18,211 nt of DNA from an uncultured Deinococcaceae bacterium (GTDB lineage: Bacteria; Deinococcota; Deinococci; Deinococcales; Deinococcaceae): contig CAXULY010000071.1 in the NCBI GenBank assembly GCA_964252075.1, positions 1 through 18,211 on the forward strand, written 5' to 3'. Numbering within the stretch: position 1 is the first letter of the stretch; each line of letters opens with the position of its first letter. The translations under genes and the position numbers were made by a program. Positions 16,858-18,211 of this stretch are shown here, in pieces. The notes under the pieces were generated by a model. That model was not told the DNA's origin. It made no database searches and saw only the letters and a list, made by a program, of their open reading frames with translations.

Positions 16858-17113
16858 GACTGGATGCTCGCACAGGCGGCTGGCGCGGCCCCATGAGGCA
16901 GAAGGCACCACGCCGCCCCGCGCCCCTGGCGGGGCGGGGGTGCGGGCGGCCTGTGCGGTGGGTTCGTCCGGCGTGAGCGCCCACCAGACGAAGGGATGAG
17001 CTGCGGGAGCGCGGCGCGGGCCAGCCCTCTCATCGGCGCGCCGCGGGCGGCCACCACCACCCCGCCGGGCCTGCGGCGCCCCACCCGCCGCCCCCCAGAC
17101 GGTGCTGGGCCGT

Positions 17114-18067
17114 TCATTGTGGCCGCCCTGACCGGAATGTCCCGCGCAGCGCCATCACGACGCCCAGGGCGCCGCCGAGCAGCACCACGCCCGCTCCGGC
17201 CATCGTCAGGGCGCCAGGGTGCGTGACGCTCTCCCCGCGGAGGGCCTGCCAGATGAGGAGCAGGAACCACCCGAGGTACGCGCCAGTCGCGACCCCAAGG
17301 AGCGCGATTTGGCGGCGCGCCGACCAGCCGAAGTGGCGACCCAGCAGCCCCACCAGGGCGCCCAGCAGCGGCAGCGCCTGCAGGGCGTGCAGGCCGAAGA
17401 AGTGCGGCACCCGCAGGTCGCCGTGCGCGGCGCTCCACCCCAGGAACGGCAGGCCCGCCCCGCCATCCGGCGCGCCCACCGTGTGGGACCCCAGCACCCC
17501 GGGCAGGGTGCGGCGCATGCCCTGCAGGTGCGGCACGTCCACGGTCATGAGCGCGCCGGCGGCCGCGCCGAGCAGGGACACGCCCAGGCCCGCCCGCGCG
17601 GCGAACGCCAGCACCGGGTCCGCGAAGCGCTGCAGGGACAGCAGCACCGCCACCACCGCGCTCATGGCCCACACGATCACGATGACGCCCCCCATCGTGA
17701 AGTACACCGCGGCGTTCAGGGGGGTGGACACGTTGAAGTGGCTGGTGGTGCCGCGCAGCACCTGCGCGACGATGAACGCCAGCTCGACCAGCAGTCCCAC
17801 CGCGACGATGGTCGCGCTGACGCGCGCCGGTCGCCGCCAGCGGCCGCGCACGTGCCCCAGCATCCACACCAAAGTCAGGCAGTACAGGGCGATGGACACG
17901 CTGAACTTCGCGGGTTTCGCCCAGGCGGGCGCGCCGGTGATCGCGCGGTGATCCACCGCAAGTCCCACCAGGCACGCCAGCAGCAGCGCGGCGCTGATGA
18001 GCGCCGCGAGCGTCAGGGGAAGGTGGTGGCGCCACCACGGGTCAGGGCTGAGGGGCGGTGCGGTCAT
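17114..18067 (-). CDS. Multi-pass membrane protein of unknown function (317 aa)
   Basis: About 7-8 hydrophobic segments with motifs WAKPAKF, RGTTSHFN, HTVGAPDGG and GDLRVPHFFGLHALQ. RBS AGGAGG before ATG 18067. Confidence 0.85.
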   Translation of the reverse strand: MTAPPLSPDPWWRHHLPLTLAALISAALLLACLVGLAVDHRAITGAPAWAKPAKFSVSIALYCLTLVWMLGHVRGRWRRPARVSATIVAVGLLVELAFIVAQVLRGTTSHFNVSTPLNAAVYFTMGGVIVIVWAMSAVVAVLLSLQRFADPVLAFAARAGLGVSLLGAAAGALMTVDVPHLQGMRRTLPGVLGSHTVGAPDGGAGLPFLGWSAAHGDLRVPHFFGLHALQALPLLGALVGLLGRHFGWSARRQIALLGVATGAYLGWFLLLIWQALRGESVTHPGALTMAGAGVVLLGGALGVVMALRGTFRSGRPQ

Positions 18068-18144
18068 GACGTCCTCCTGGCCGGCCCACGAGCGGGCGGC
18101 GGTGCTGCGTCCGGGCGACCGAACGGCGGGGTGGGCGCGGCCCT

Positions 18145-18211
18145 TCATGCCAGGCGGCCGCGGGGGTCGATGGCGTCGCGGAGGGAGTCACCGACGAGGT
18201 TCCAGGCGAGG
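18145..18211 (-). CDS. C-terminal end of a peptide/nickel ABC transporter permease (DppC/OppC type), partial
   Basis: Manual translation LAWNLVGDSLRDAIDPRGRLA* matches the NLxGDxLRDxxDPR terminal motif. Confidence 0.88.
   Translation of the reverse strand, partial: LAWNLVGDSLRDAIDPRGRLA

Noticed and set aside
16912..16950. GC-rich hairpin between the membrane-protein and SRPBCC genes
   Set aside because: No U-tract, and low-complexity G/C pairing is expected by chance.
1..18211. tRNA, rRNA, CRISPR array, IS element or att direct repeats
   Set aside because: No canonical T-loop/cloverleaf, regularly spaced repeats, transposase motifs or long direct repeats were found by eye.

Overview
GC-rich bacterial window, most consistent with Deinococcus: the ClpP is Deinococcus-like and several genes have a TAnnnT -10 box 6-7 nt before the start codon, i.e. 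leaderless. The left half (~750-8950) looks like a partly decayed accessory/defence island. It holds a DUF429 nuclease with a nonsense codon, two tandem paralogous GIY-YIG genes (one frameshifted), a tyrosine integrase with its terminator, an intact operon of a Ro60/TROVE-like helical+vWA protein and an ARPP-2-like protein with a C-terminal HTH, a NADAR gene, and a broken DUF2075 remnant. The most notable signal is an unannotated ~92-nt long stem-loop (4801-4892) with its own -10 box directly upstream of the vWA gene. Its 5' strand resembles that of Y RNAs, suggesting a divergent Ro/Y-RNA-like ribonucleoprotein system. The right half carries a clpP paralogue divergent from an Ada-like regulator lacking PCHR, then SDR, alpha/beta hydrolase, GyrI-like, LacI, AraC, SRPBCC and membrane-protein genes. 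Partial genes lie at both edges. All family calls come from motif recognition by eye; no searches were run.
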